Shown piece by piece: positions 1 through 22,280 of a stretch of DNA of 64,000 bases. The stretch comes from the human T2T-CHM13v2.0 reference genome, Homo sapiens: assembly GCF_009914755.1 (NCBI RefSeq), contig NC_060932.1; one strand, 5' to 3'. The notes under the pieces were generated by a model. The model was given only the letters and a program-made list of their open reading frames with translations, ran no database searches and had not been told where the DNA came from. The position numbers and the translations under genes are program-made. Positions within the stretch are counted from its first letter, which is position 1; each line of letters starts with the position of its first letter.

Positions 1-284
1 TAAACACTTTGATGGGTATACTTTCACATCTTTCTCTACATTTTTACATATAAATTTTTAAAATAGGGCTTATTCTGTGACTTGCTTATTTAACTTAACA
101 ATATATCCTAGATATACTTCTACATCAGCATGTATAGACAATTTTCATACATATTCATTCTTTAAATGGTTGCATAGTAAACAAACGTGGTATTTGTATT
201 TAACCATTTATGTACTGATCATCAGTTTCTCACAATTGTTTGATATAATAAATACGTCTGCAGAAAACCTCGTTTATTTTTTAC

Positions 285-438
285 TTATTTTTCTTTTCTT
301 TTCTTTACTCTTTTTTTCAAATAGAGACAGGGTCTTGCTATGTTGCCCAGGTAGGTCTCAAACTCCTGGACTCAAGTAATCCTCCTGCTTCAGCCTCCCA
401 AAGTGCTGAGATTATAGGCATGAGTCACCACGCCTGGC
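285..438 (-). mobile_element. FLAM/AluJ left monomer
   Basis: agagacagggtcttgctatgttgcccagg...gcctggcc with T-rich tail. Confidence 0.85.
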
Positions 439-602
439 CTGAAACATTCTCTAAACTCTGTTTTTGTGCACATATATATTTCTATAGGACAGATTTGAAA
501 TTTTGAGATACTGTAAAATTGTTCTATAGGTTATACTATGTCAATGAACTCTCATACCAATAGTGTGTGCTTCTCTATAGTTGCCAGTATCTACTTATTT
601 TT

Positions 603-618
603 TTATTGTAATTTCTTT

Positions 619-662
<44 letters not shown>

Positions 663-1524
663 TATACTTTAAGTTCTAGGGTACATGTGCACAATGTGCA
701 GGTTTGTTACATATGCATACATGTGCCATGTTGGTGTGCTGCACCTATTAACTCGTCATTTACATTAGGTATATCTCCTAATGCTATCCCTCCCCCCTTT
801 CCCCACCCCACAACAGGCCCCAGTGTGTGACATTCCCCTTCCTGTGTCCAAGTGTTCTCACTGTTCAATTCCCACCTATGAGTGAGAACATACAGTGTTT
901 GGTTTTTTGTCCTTGCAATAGTTTGCTGAGAATGATGGTTTCCAGCTTCATCCATGTCCCTACAAAGGACATGAACTTATCATTTTTTATGGCTGCATAG
1001 TATTCCATGGTGTATATGTGCCACATTTTCTTAATCCAATCTATCATTGTTGGACATTCGGGTTGGTTCCAAGTCTTTGCTATTGTGAGTACTGCCGCGA
1101 TAAACATATGTGTGCGTGTGTCTTTATAGCAGCATCATTTATATTCCTTTGGGTATATACCCAGTAATGGGATGCCTGGGTCAAATGGTATTTCTAGTTC
1201 TAGATCCCTGAGGAATCGCCACACTGTCTTCCACAATGGTTGAACTAGTTTGCAGTCCCACCAACAGTGTAAAAGTGTTCCTATTTCTCCACACCCTCTC
1301 CAGCACCTGTTGTTTCCTGACTTTTTAATGATTGTCATTCTAACTGGTGTGAGATGATATCTCATTGTAGTTTTGATTTGCATTTGTCTGATGGCCAGTG
1401 AAGATGAGCATTTTTTCGTGTGTCTGTTGGCTGCATAAATGTCTTCTTTTGAGACGTATCTGTTCATATCCTTCGCCCACTTTTTGATGGGGTTGTTTTT
1501 TTCTTGTAAATATGTTTGACTTTT
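603..1524 (-). mobile_element. 5'-truncated L1PA (about PA4-6): ORF2 C-terminus, 3'UTR and (TA)n-converted tail
   Basis: ORF2 remnants ([27 protein letters not shown]); TSD ttgccagtatctacttattttt at 581-602 and 1525-1546; TT/AAAA endonuclease site. Confidence 0.95.
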
Positions 1525-1564
1525 TTGCCAGTATCTACTTATTTTTAACAAGTGGTATATATAG

Positions 1565-1720
1565 CAGAAGCATCTGGAGTACTTTTACAAAATGTACGTG
1601 GCAGGGTCTGCCTCCTGAAGATTCTAATTGAATAAATCTGGGGTGGGGTCCTGGGCATAAGTTTTTTAAGACTATATCCCCGGTAACTTTGATGCATATT
1701 CTTGGTTAGATCATTGCATT
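1565..1720. mobile_element. MER5-like hAT-Charlie fragment
   Basis: gattctaattgaataaatctggggtggggtcctgggcat...ccccggtaactttgatgca. Confidence 0.6.
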
Positions 1721-1928
1721 ATAATCTTTCAATTATTGCACCTCCTCCAGTAGGTGTCCGAAGATGCCTACATTATGTAATAACGTTACAATATAGATAA
1801 GTATCTGTTAGAAAATGCTACAAGACCACCCTGCCTTGTCATAAGGTTTGACACGTGCACATCACAGAATAGAAGATTAATGGACAATCCATATAATATT
1901 TTGATAATCCAACAAACATTTCTTCTAG

Positions 1929-2238
<310 letters not shown>

Positions 2239-2344
2239 TCTTCTAGAAAGTTCTAAAGCAGGAAGGACAAACCAGTTTTCACAGCTATATCAACTCTGAT
2301 GAACTGATTGTAGCTTCCTAGAATACTGTGAAGAAGGATCCTGA

Positions 2345-2996
<652 letters not shown>

Positions 2997-3369
2997 GGAT
3001 CCTGAGGCTACATTCCAGTTCGACTCTGTTAATAACAGAATCATTAACAATGCCTATTATTAATAGATTAATAATAGACTGATTAACAGTGTCTACCATC
3101 TTGGTTCCAGTAGGATCTGCTGTAATAATAAAACAAATAACCCCAAACAGCAAATGGAAGAGGGAAACAAAGCTGACAATACACTTTTCAAGGTGTATCC
3201 AATTATACAGCCACTGTTTCTTCTGCTGTTAGCAAATGGAAATGATTTTGGAAGTCCTAAAATTACAAACAAATGAATAAGACTGCACACAAGAAATTGA
3301 ACTGTATGTATTGCTTTACATTGGTGGGGGGTGGGAGGGATCCAGAGCGCTCTCATTTTCTTAGTGTCA

Positions 3370-4190
3370 CCTCAGTGTCAGGCACTTTACACATCAGCTC
3401 ATTTAATAATCACAACTCTGCAAGATAGGGATTGTGATTTCTGGTTCATAGGTAAAAGAAAGTGAGCTTCAGAGGGGCTAGGTGGCCTGCTTAAACCACA
3501 AAGTGGGAGAACTTGAATTTGGATCTAGGCATGTCTGACTCTGAAGTCCATGTTGTTTTTGTTTGTTTGTTTGTTTGTTTGTTTTGAGATAGGGTCTCAC
3601 TCTGTTGCCCAGGCTGGAGTGCAGAAACACACAATCACAGCTCACCGCAGCCTTGACTTCCTGGGTTCAGATGATTCTCTCACCTCAGGCTCCCAAGTAG
3701 CTGGGACTACAGGCATGCGCCACACCTGGCTAATTTTTTGTATTTTTTATAGAGATGGAGTTTCACTATGTTGCCCAGGCTGATCTCGAGCTCCTGATGT
3801 CCATGATTTTTACTACTGTATCACTTCTGTTTCCCTCAGCTATCAGTTCTGGGAAAAGAATTCTTTTGTTCAGGTACTTTATTCCTTCGTCACTACCAAA
3901 ATCACAAATATTCTAATAACCACCATTAACACTTACATAGCACTTTGCATATGCCAGGCACCATTCTAAGTGCTTGACATAAGTACTACGTTTAATCCTC
4001 CCAACAACATTCATGTAGCTATTATCTCCTATTATACATAGGGAAATAGAGGCACAGAGAAGTTAAATGACTTGCTCAAGTGCACATGGCTAAGATTCAA
4101 CCCAAGATTCACCCAGGCTGGAGTGCAGTGGCACGATCTTGGCTCACTGCAAAAAAACCGCAGTTCCAGGGTCTGTGCTCTTGATTAGCA
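3370..4190. mobile_element. MIR copies with partial AluJ (3553-3797, minus) and a small Alu fragment (4109-4152)
   Basis: MIR cores (gaggcacagagaagttaaatgacttgctcaag) and Alu right-arm sequence. Confidence 0.75.
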
Positions 4191-5164
4191 TACCATATTT
4201 ACTGACAATGTTTAACAACTGAAACATTACCTTAATTTAACTTTTGGCAAAAATGTATAGCTCACAGCAACAGACATAAGAAGGAAATGTTTAAAAATTC
4301 TGTTAACAAGCATGGACCAACTACACAGGCAGAATTCAAAAGTTCTCATTTATACTTCCAACTTGAAGGCAAGTCAAATAATGACATCTAACAAGATGCA
4401 ACCTGTGTTTTTGGTTCTTGTAACTGTTGTATACAAGATCAGCTTCCAGATTCGCCTCCCAAATTATAGTCTTCAGGGTTTTTCAGGCATATGTATTCAG
4501 AGACTGAGATTTCTGATGCTTTTGATTGAGTTTCAAACACAAAAAGTTTTATATTTTCCCCTTTTCCTGTCTTCTCTAGCCCTAACTCCAAATATTTCAT
4601 TTTAGTCTGAACTAAGAAAATAACATTACCTTCTTATAATTACACAGGAGTCCATGGAGTGAACACATATACATTTGTATCACAGAGTGTTTTCATATAC
4701 ATTTGTATTTGATCCTCAAAACAACTCTGTCAGACTGACAGGGCAAGGTGTGCATTAACTTCATTTTTTAGGTAACCACATAGAACACTTCAAATACTGA
4801 CTTTCCAAGACCACAAAGCTAATTAGTGATAAAGCTTGAAAAATAATCAGTCTCCTGATTTCTAATCCTGTGCTCTTTTTCACAACATCCTACCGCCAGA
4901 GAATAACCAACTACTTAAGGACAACTACACTAAACGCTAAAGGTCATTAGTCCAAAACTGAATGCACTGTCCTTTTCCTAGTGCAATGTCCCTTTCAGAC
5001 TACCCCAGTCTGTCATTGCTTCCACCACTTTTCTAGCTTCCCAGACTAGAAATCTCAGGCTCACAGGTGATTGATTCTTCCCTCTTTGTTAAGCCATAAA
5101 ACCAGTCATTTAGCAAATCTCGCATTTTCTTCCTTTGAAGTATTCTTCCCAGTGCTTAGACCGA

Positions 5165-5690
5165 ATCTAAAGTGAGGAAATAATCAGACAAATCCAAAAT
5201 GGGGGATATTCTCCCAGACAACTGGCCTGGGCTCTTCAAAGAGGCTAATGTCTAAAACAAATGAAAGGTGGAAAGACTATTCTAGATTAAAAGAGACAAG
5301 ATTTATCAACCTAATACAATGCATGAACTTTGATTAAATCCTGGATTTAAATACACACAAACACAAAGATTAAACAGATATTGTGGAGACAACTAAAGAA
5401 TTTTAAAATATGAACTGGCTTTAAACAATGGAGCTATTAATTTCAAGGTTCTGATAATGCTATTCTGTTTATATACGAGAATGTTCTCATTCTTAGGAGA
5501 GCTATGCTGAAATATGTGATAAAGTGTCATGGTATCTACAACTTTCAAATGGTTGAGGATTTTAAAAAAGGTATATATACCTAGAGTAAAGCAAATGAGA
5601 CAAAATTTTAACAACTGGCGAATCTAGGTGTTGAATGTAATATTCTTTTAACTTTTCTAAAGGTTTGAAAATTTTTAAACTGAAAAGTTC
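5165..5690 (+). mobile_element. Ancient L1M (MC/ME-like) 3' fragment
   Basis: cagacaaatccaaaatggggatattct...actggcctgggctcttcaaa pattern. Confidence 0.55.
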
Positions 5691-7396
5691 GGGGAAAAAA
5701 AAAACAAATGATTTGGCTAGTGTTTGGAAGAAGTACTAAAAATAAAAAGCTACAGGTACCTAAAGTGGTATAAGCCTCCATTAAATTCTGGTGCCATGTT
5801 CTAAGCAAACAAGCTAAAGGGGCCACATTGTTATATTTTCTAGAAACCGTAAGCATTAAGAGGGCCATACTTCTTCATATTATGCCTCCAAATAATACAA
5901 CAATGCAATCAAGAAAGCAGTTTTGGTAGTTCATAAAAACAGATATTTTGGGACTACATGTAAATTTCTTTACATAGTGATTTTTATGGGCAGCGGAGTC
6001 TGGCGGCCAGCCTTCACGCAGCAGACACACCAACTGATAAAATGGTTAAGACCTTACTAGATTAGGGGGCTCTACTGAGCACTGTGCTTGAGAGTGCAGG
6101 TTCAGAATCAAACTAAGTTCAAAAGCATACTTCAAGTCCTGCTGGCTGTGTGACTTCAGGCAACTTATTCAGCATCTCTAATCCTCAGTTTCCTTAGCCA
6201 GAAATTGTGGATACCTGCAATTGTGTACCTTGTACAGGGCTGCCGTAAGAATTAAGAGTTAATCCATGAACAGCACTTAAGACAGTGCCTGGCATACAGT
6301 TAGAGCCTGGCCACTTGTTGGCTATTATTATCATTCATTGCAATGCTGGGCATACAGAACTGCTAAAAAGTTAAAAAAAAAAAAAAATCACTGACCTAAA
6401 GGTACTTTCAATCTCTTTAGCAAGATAATGTAAGATTTTGTGAGTAAGACACATAAAATAGTAGCAAACAATGTGAAACAGAAGATGACTAAGAATTGAA
6501 TTGTGTTACTACTACAATTATAACAGACATCTAAGGAGAAGAAAAATGCTGGGCAAGGAGGCATTTAGGCCATGAGAAACAAGTAGGATGTGGAAGTAAG
6601 GTGTTCTTCACACATTGCTTTTCAAATTACTTGGTACAGGCCATCAGAAATTCTTAAACCTTTGTCCTAAATAAATCCCTGATAAAGATAATGTGTTCAA
6701 TTTATTTTTAAAGCAATAATTTTAATGGCTAACATTTGAGAGCTTAGTGTCAATACTATTCTAAACATTTTACATTTGTTATATTATTTTACTTCACAGA
6801 ACACCCCTTTGAGGAAATACTATTACTATCCCATTTTACAAATGAAAAATCAAGGCCAGTATGATCAAATAACTTGCCATAGTCTGAGATCAAGTAAATG
6901 GAGGGTTCAAACACACACTCTGTTCCACAGCATTGGCTCTTAACAAGTAAGCTTACTTCCCACAATCCCTAAATATGTAAACAACAACAGAACCTCACTT
7001 CACCCTTCTCCACTCCCACTCCCCAGAGTTAACTAACAATTTGGTGGGAGACTAAATAATTGTACTAATCTATCCATTCTAATATGTACTTTCAAGTAAA
7101 TGAAATCACCACACAAAAACATTTCTGATAAATTCATCCTCTGAACAATGTTTCTAGGCTAATTTTTTAAAAAAGATAAATCAATCAATGAATACTTCTA
7201 ATTTTGCTGAAACTATACAGTTTTAAATAAGCAAAAAAAAGTTGAAAATTATCAATCAAAGCTTTAGTGCTCTTATTATTTACCAACTTATTCATGGTGG
7301 TGGGGGATGGTGGGCTGATAATAGAAAAGTTTATAGAATCCTTAAGCCAAATCACAGATACAGAGTTGAAAAAAACAAAAACAGGAAAAGAAATCA

Positions 7397-8199
<803 letters not shown>

Positions 8200-8229
8200 C
8201 TACTCTACAAATACATTCCTAGGTTAATC

Positions 8230-8730
8230 TGTAAATCAAACCACAACACTCTATTGATTAAAATCCTTCAATGGTTTCCCATTGCCCAGAAAAAGGCCAA
8301 GCACTTAGACTGACAGATCATATAAGGCCCTCCAAGCAAGGTCGCTAACCTACCTCTTCAACCTCAAGTCATTTTTGTACTCTAGTAATATAAAATCACT
8401 GGAAATTTCTCTGCACACCATGATTTCACTCCTCTGTGCCTTTACTAATATTATATCCTATCCATAATATACCCTTTTCCTTTTTTATTTTTTTTGCTTG
8501 ACTCTTAACCATCTTTTGAGCTCAGAATGTCATTTCCAAGAAGTAGTCACTTAAGCTCTAAGTTAGTCTGAGTAACTTTCCTCTGTGTTCTAAGATATTC
8601 TATGCGTGCCTCTCAGAATTAACCATAAAATGATCTGTTTATGTGAGTTTTCTTAAGAGCAGGAAGTAATGTTATTCCCATATATGCTCTTGGAACCTAA
8701 CTCAAAGGCTCAGAGGAGGGGCTTCAATGA
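8230..8730. mobile_element. L2 fragment
   Basis: aaaatccttcaatggtttcccattgc...aaggccctcca typical of L2. Confidence 0.55.
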
Positions 8731-10961
8731 ATCTTTTAAACTAAACTACATAAACTTAAAGAAGTTATTTTATATAAATGAAATGCTTCACAGAGCTGCT
8801 GTGGGTCTTTGCATGGAGGTAGTAACAGAATATAAAAGCAGTTACAGTCTCCTCAGGTAATATCCTTGGTAAAATGAGACTAACAACTTAGCTCACTTAG
8901 ATGTCACTGAGATTCTCTTTAGTTCTAGACTTAACTTTCATGAAGGTTTAAAGTTCCAAGAGACTGGAATGAAGTCAAATAAACTTCCAGAGGGAGTGTT
9001 AACCCAACCAAAGACCAAAATATATTAAAAAAAGAAACTCATATGTATATATATATTTAAAACCTTATTAATGTAGGTCTGAAATTCAGAATGTAGAAGC
9101 TCTCAAAATACAATTGTCATAGTTGTAGTTAACTGAATCAGCATGAAAATCAATCTATTTTCCAAAGTTGTTCTAGTAAACATAATCAATCATACTATAA
9201 AACAAAGTATACTTGATAGATGTACATGAGAATTTTTACAGCTAGAAAAAAATGGTGGAATATAATATGATTTTCACAACACAGAGGAAGACGGTGGTCT
9301 TCCTTCACCCCAGGATAAACAAGGGATCCAGATGTTTCTTTATATGAACTGTTGCAAGGAATATTTCTCAAGGTTTATGATAAATCCACACTCAATGTGT
9401 TTCCATAGTAACAGGAATGGAGTACATGCAGACAGTCTACAGTAATGAACCAGCTATGCTGGTTCTTGAAAACCTAGCATGTTTGGCAATTTATGCAGCA
9501 AAAACATTATTTAAAAAAATTTTTTTTAAGATACATAATGTTAAAAAACTAGAGGGTCATTTTGTTTTAAACGCAGTACATAAAGACAAGCTTAAGCATA
9601 GATTCTGTGAAGTATAAAGAGAAAGCTATCAAATATATTCATATACTAATTTCTAACTGAATGATCACTTAATGTTTCAGTGATCCTGTATTTGGATCCT
9701 GTCTTTGAAATCAATTTAATATGTACATACACGCAAAGCCCCCCTAAAAACATCTTCTGAATGTGACTCACATTTGATCACAGAATATAAAGATCTCCGG
9801 GTGACAGCATCAAGGGAGATTCTCGTTTTACAATTTTTCCCCAAATTGACACCAAGAAGTAAATGGGGGGAAAGGAACAGTTAATTTTTTTTTTTAATAT
9901 GCTCCATTATTTTCAGTATATGGGTTTGGTAGGGTGAAACCAGAAACTCTACAAAGAAAAAATGCGTAACTATAGAAGATGCTAAAATCCTCTAATGTCA
10001 GTTTTTAAAAAAGACTCCATTCTTTCTGGTTCTGTGTTCTACTAATATTTTAATCTAAATATATGATCAGAGTAACCCTTTGACTATAAGTTATAAATTC
10101 TGGTATTGCCCATTTAGGTTTTCATAATTAAAAAATTTTTAGTAATACAGTAACAAATGTGTATTGTTTAAAAATAATGGAGGTAAGTTTTTAATGCTAT
10201 TTATTGTGAAACTGCAAGCCCCTCATCCCTTTTTGAAGTAGTACATACATATTTTTAAAGGACCCAAACACATACCTTTAGAAATCAGCAAAACCAAACT
10301 GCTATGAAGTATGAACAGAAGCAAAAGTCAATTTCTACCCTAAGGACAGGGCACAAATTACACTAAAAATCAATATTCTTCCTTTGAAAGCCATGAGTCC
10401 TTTCTAATCACATTTTAACTTCACCCTCACCCCACACATACACAAGAAAAAGCAGAGATGTGGGTGTGGACTTCTGGAGGAAACAAAAAGTAAAAACCAA
10501 CCACCTGGTTCTAAGAACTTGACCACGCCCCTATGGTACCAAAAAGGAAATGAACAAAAATGTTTGTCTTTTATTCACTGAAAGCAGCTAGAATCGATAG
10601 GATCTAATCTAGCCCTCACTACAGACAAAAGCAATAACCAAATTTGGTACAGTGACTATACAACTCAATGTTAACTTTCAAACAAAACGGATCCTGCTTG
10701 AAAATGTTTTGTCAAGGAAATAAAAATGAAATTACAAATGCAAGTGATTGTTCTATTTGTCTTTAGATTATTTTATCCTTTGAGGGAACAAACACCATCT
10801 ATAAAATAGATCTCACTATTTCATCCACAAACAAAATACAGTGCTTTTAGTGGCATCCAAGTGTTATACAGTTGGCAGTTACAGTTATCCAAAAAGTTTG
10901 AACCACGATAGTACAAATGCAAATTATTTCTCACTAAAATGTGGGCATTTCCTCTCAAACA

Positions 10962-12907
<1,946 letters not shown>

Positions 12908-13220
12908 CTATTATAAACCAGTACCTAAAGACTTCCATTGAGAACCTTCTTGGCTTCTTAATATCACAGGTTTCAAATGATCTAGATTTTTAGAAGGGCT
13001 TTTCTTCATATGTTGCAAAACCAAATTATAAGTATTTAATGAAAGCACACTATAAAATTCCAGGAAATAAAAACAACTTAGATGCCAGAGAATATGGACA
13101 GACTGAAAGTTACAGGACATGAAACTAGTTCATCCTTGAATTCCCAGAGCCAACTATAGTGCCTGGCACATTATCAATAAACAAATCAATCCAAAACAGA
13201 ATAGAGTATTACAGTAAGGC

Positions 13221-13237
13221 GGGGGGGGGGGGGGGGG
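13221..13237 (+). repeat. G17 homopolymer
   Basis: Seen directly. Confidence 0.95.
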
Positions 13238-14194
13238 CACAAGATTGGATTAACAATTTAAAAAGCTTAATATGTGCTAATACCATTAAGCAGTATTATT
13301 GAAATATCACAGGCTGTTTTTTAATGGCATGGATTTTGAACTGAGAGTACAGATTTGCTTCTTCCTTCCTAAGAAAGACCTCATAAATGTAACGTCACTC
13401 AGAGGAAAACAGAAAAAAAATTTGCCCCAATTATTTTTAAACTTTTTAAAAAGTTTAGTATGTAATTTTTTAATTTTAGCAAGTAATCTTTTCATTGGAA
13501 AATTAAAATTAGATATTTTATTAAGTGCTCAAAATACGAGTGTAAGTACATCATCCAAAAGAGTCACGACTTGTCAAGAATTTTTTTCCAAGAAACTTTA
13601 AACATTTACATAACCACATTAAATATGCTCTACCATGAATCTAATAATAATTCTACAAGCATATATAAACAATTGACAACATATTGTGATTCATATTTTC
13701 CTAAACAGTGGGATATTATGACACGAAGCTCTGTCTTTTGTATCAGTATACAAAACCTACATTCACTATGAACAGCGTAAGAGAAACTGTCACAACATCA
13801 TCACTGTAGAACATAACACATGATGAGAATCTGAAACTCTAAAAAAAGACTTCCTTTTTTGTATCATTTATAGACTAATACAAAACCTGTGCTCAACATA
13901 AAATCAATTTATTTTGGAATGTCACGAGATATTTAGGTGTCTTTGAGTAACTTCAGTGCTCAGAGAATTGCCAAATGTGCGCTGATAACTGAAGTTCAGA
14001 TTTATCTTTAGTTTCCAAAGTAAAGTGTGGTAGTGCCTTCAGTCATGGAAAGAAAAACAAAACAAAACTACTTCCGTGTTAACGAAGGTACTGCGTACTT
14101 CTACATCTTGCTCACTGCTGTATCCCCATCCCCTAGTATGTGAGGGAAGAAAGCTGCTAAATGAACATAGGAATGGCAGCAAACACAATGCTGC

Positions 14195-14812
14195 AATGGA
14201 GAGATTATCCTATACTATTCAGGTGGACCCAACATAATCACAAGGATCCTTATCATCCTTTTGGTGGGAAGGATCAGAGTCAGAGAGAGATTTGAAGACT
14301 GCTGACTTTGAAAATGGAGGAAGAGGGCCGGGCATGGTGGCTTATGCCTGTAATCCCAGCACTTTGGGAGGCAGAGGCGGGGGCTCACTTGAGGTCAGGA
14401 CTTCGAGAGCAGCCTGGCCAACATGGTGAGACTCTTGTCTGCTAAAAATACAAAAACTAGCTGGGCATGGTGGTGCGTGCCTGTAGTCCCAGCTACTCTG
14501 GAGGCTGAGGCAGGAGAATCACTTGAACCTGAGAGGCAGAGGTTGCCATGAGCTGAGATTGCACCTGCACTCTAGCCTGGGTAACAGAGTGAGACTCCGT
14601 CTCAAAAAAAAAAAAAAAAAAAAAAAAGGGAAGGAAACAGCTAGATAAATCAAGGTAACAGTTTCTCTCCTAGAGCCTCCAGAAGGAACGCACCTCTGCC
14701 GCTGACACCTTGATTTTAGTCCCATGTCAGACATCAAGAAATGTAAAAGAATAAATCTGTGTCGTTTTAAGCCATTAAGTTTGTTGTAATTTGTTACAGC
14801 AGCAACAAGGGT
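14195..14812 (+). mobile_element. MLT1 (ERVL-MaLR LTR) interrupted by AluS (14326-14627)
   Basis: ctcctagagcctccagaaggaacgca...gacaccttgattttag...ttttaagccattaagtttgttgtaatttgttacagcagca. Confidence 0.85.
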
Positions 14813-14953
14813 TTTTCTGAAAGCCTTTCCACTCACTTGGTTGTCTTCAGTTTCAGGAGCATCCCTATAAACAGAAGGAGGGGAATCCTTAGATTCATTA
14901 ACCTAAGATTTGGTGTACCCAAAATAGAAATATCACTTAAAAAAGAAGTCTTA

Positions 14954-15380
<427 letters not shown>

Positions 15381-16423
15381 TTAGATTTTAATTGCTGGTA
15401 GGGTGTTACTGTCATCTCTCACATAAGCAGAAGAAATGGAAAGAATTTCTCCCATTTCATTGGCACAGCTGCCGCAGCTTTCTATACTCTGGAGTTTACT
15501 CTCATTCTAGGGGTAGACCTGATACAAATAACAAAATGGCAGTCAAGCCACTACTATGCATGACATAATAAAATGCTATGGGTCCTTTTACTACTAAAAC
15601 ACCTATTTAAGATTTTCCATTTCTGACAACCAAAATCTCTGGGCCACATTGAATTTTGTGGCTGATTTTCATAAAAATATATAGGGAGAAAGAAAACTTG
15701 TAGTAATAAAGACAGCACTATAGTAAGAATCATTTTTTAAAGTCTTGTTAATTTAAACATATAATAGTCACAGTTTTAAGAAAAGCCCCTCATAGCCATC
15801 ACAAAGAATTATATTAATCCAACAATTTTTCTAAAGAGTAATCACTAGGTGGAAATTTATTTTGTAAAGATAAATAATGTGCAAGTTTCCTAAATAAACA
15901 GACTTTCATTCACATTTTAAAACACTACTCAAGAACAGGCATTTGAGTAAATCCCATAACCTCTGTTTTCCCAAATAAATGAGACTGACTAGTCAAAAAC
16001 TGACCACGGAAATATTTTCTCATGTTTGTTTCCCTTTTCCAGCTCCATGAGGCAGATAGAATTTATTTAGTATATATTGTATGTCTGGACAAAAGTTTTG
16101 TTTTTAATTGAGTTCGCAGAGAAACATTTCTATACAAAATTAAACTAACCAGCTTGAATCACCCACACCAACACTGCCAAGATAAGCAAAAGCTGAGTCT
16201 CACCTTGCCTATTCCCAGACTCCAAGTGCCATGTTATATATCTTTCTCCTTGTAGAGTCTTATTTTTGTTTTTGTCTGTGATGTGGTTCACTACTGAACA
16301 CTAACTATGTACCAGACCCTGTTCTAGATCTTGGGAAATCCAAAGAAATAAGATTCTAGTCTCATGGAGCTAAAATAAACATGGAAATTTCAGATAGTGA
16401 TATGCTACTATAAAACAGGGTAA

Positions 16424-17681
<1,258 letters not shown>

Positions 17682-17724
17682 TATATCTACTTAATTCTTT
17701 CCCTTCACTAAGAATAGCTAATTC

Positions 17725-17915
17725 TGGGCTAACCACACGTAGCTATTTAAATTTAAACAAGTTAAAATTAAATTACATTAAAAATTTAGTTCCTCAGTTA
17801 CAATGGCCATATTTCAAGCATTCAACATCAACATGTGGCTAAGGTTACCATATTGGTCAGTGCAGATACAGAATATTTCTGTCATCATAGAAAATTCTAT
17901 TAGACAGTGCTGATC
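17725..17915. mobile_element. MER33/MER3-like hAT-Charlie element
   Basis: aaatttagttcctcag...catatttcaag...catgtggct...ccatattgg...ttctattagacagtgctg. Confidence 0.75.
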
Positions 17916-18353
17916 TACATTATTTTTCAAATTTTACCTTAACAAAAACATCCTTTAAAAGCTTATATTAAATAAGAATTATAAATTTTTAAAGAAATCT
18001 GTTAATATTACTGTGATGCTAGAAAGAAGTCACATAAGAGGAAGTTCAGCAAATAGATCTCTATGCCAGAGTAAGACAAACTCATATACCTAGGGACAAG
18101 CAAAATGTCCACAGAGTAGAAGGATGTACTCTAACATTGGTCTTAGAGTCATAAGACTTGAATTTTAGTTCTGCTTCTACCCCTAACTTAGCTGCATAAA
18201 TTCCGAGGACAGACAGTATCTTTGGGTTTTCATTTAACATCATAAGAAAGGTTGGATCAGGTGATCCACATATATAAAATGACCACGAAAAATGGGAAAA
18301 TGAGCTGTGATTCCTCCTATTATCAATACATAAGTGTAGGGCTTGAGTTTTCA

Positions 18354-21398
<3,045 letters not shown>

Positions 21399-21654
21399 AG
21401 GAGAATAATTTTATAATTCAAAAAAATATACCTCATATTTTGTTTAATCAGCTTAAGCTTAATATGTCAGGTTTTCTTAAAATGGGACGTAGGAGCATCA
21501 TCTTCTCATGAAGGACTTTCTAAAATCTCTCTCAAATGCATATAAAGTATATATCACACAAGCTGTTGTGTTCCTGTATACTGTACTACTTTAAATGTTA
21601 TGAATAAATGCTGTTTTTAAAACAAAACTTTATAATATTGCTGGGTTTAAACTG

Positions 21655-22280
21655 GTTCAAACCTTTCTGGAAATGTTCTAAAATTGATTGTGGTGATGGT
21701 TATATAACCCCGTCAACATACTAAAAGCCACTGCATTGTATACTTTAAATGGATAAATTTTGGGTATGTGAATTATATCTCAATAAAACTATTATTTTAA
21801 AAAATCTTTCAAGAGAACAGTTTGGAAATATGTATCAAAAGCTTTCAAAATGTTTATATCTTTTAAGTAATTCTACTTCTAGGAATTTATTGTAATGAAA
21901 TAATCAGCCATATAATTTTTTTTAATGTATAAGGATGTCCATCAACTTACAATATCCCAAAATTGCAAACTGCCTAAAAGACCTTCAACACAGAATGGTA
22001 AACAGATAATAGCACACCTGTACACTGAAATTCTATATTGATTTTTTAAATCACAAACATTTATTTCATAATATATTAAATAATAAAACATATTACAAAA
22101 TAATATGGATGCACAATTCCAACTATGTAAAAAAAATACATATGAAAAAATATTGGAAGGATATAGAACAAAATATTAATAGTAGTTACTTCTAACTAGT
22201 AGAATTTTAGATAATTTTAATTGTCTTTATACCTTCTGGTTTTCAATTTCTCTGTATAAACAATCCTTACATAAATGTTA
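21655..22280 (+). mobile_element. Ancient L1M fragments
   Basis: aaatgttctaaaattgattgtggtgatggtt...gtgaattatatctcaataaa is an L1MB/ME-type 3' end. Confidence 0.65.

Noticed and set aside
707-1551. ORFs resembling the L1 ORF2p C-terminus
   Set aside because: A frameshifted, 5'-truncated L1 fragment; non-functional.
5985-6030. Short CpG-containing GC patch in AT-rich intron
   Set aside because: Too short; no clear motif or exon signals.
10524-10540. CTCF-like motifs here and at about 53625, 54020, 55175 and 62975
   Set aside because: Several core mismatches or spacing errors; not supportable from sequence alone.
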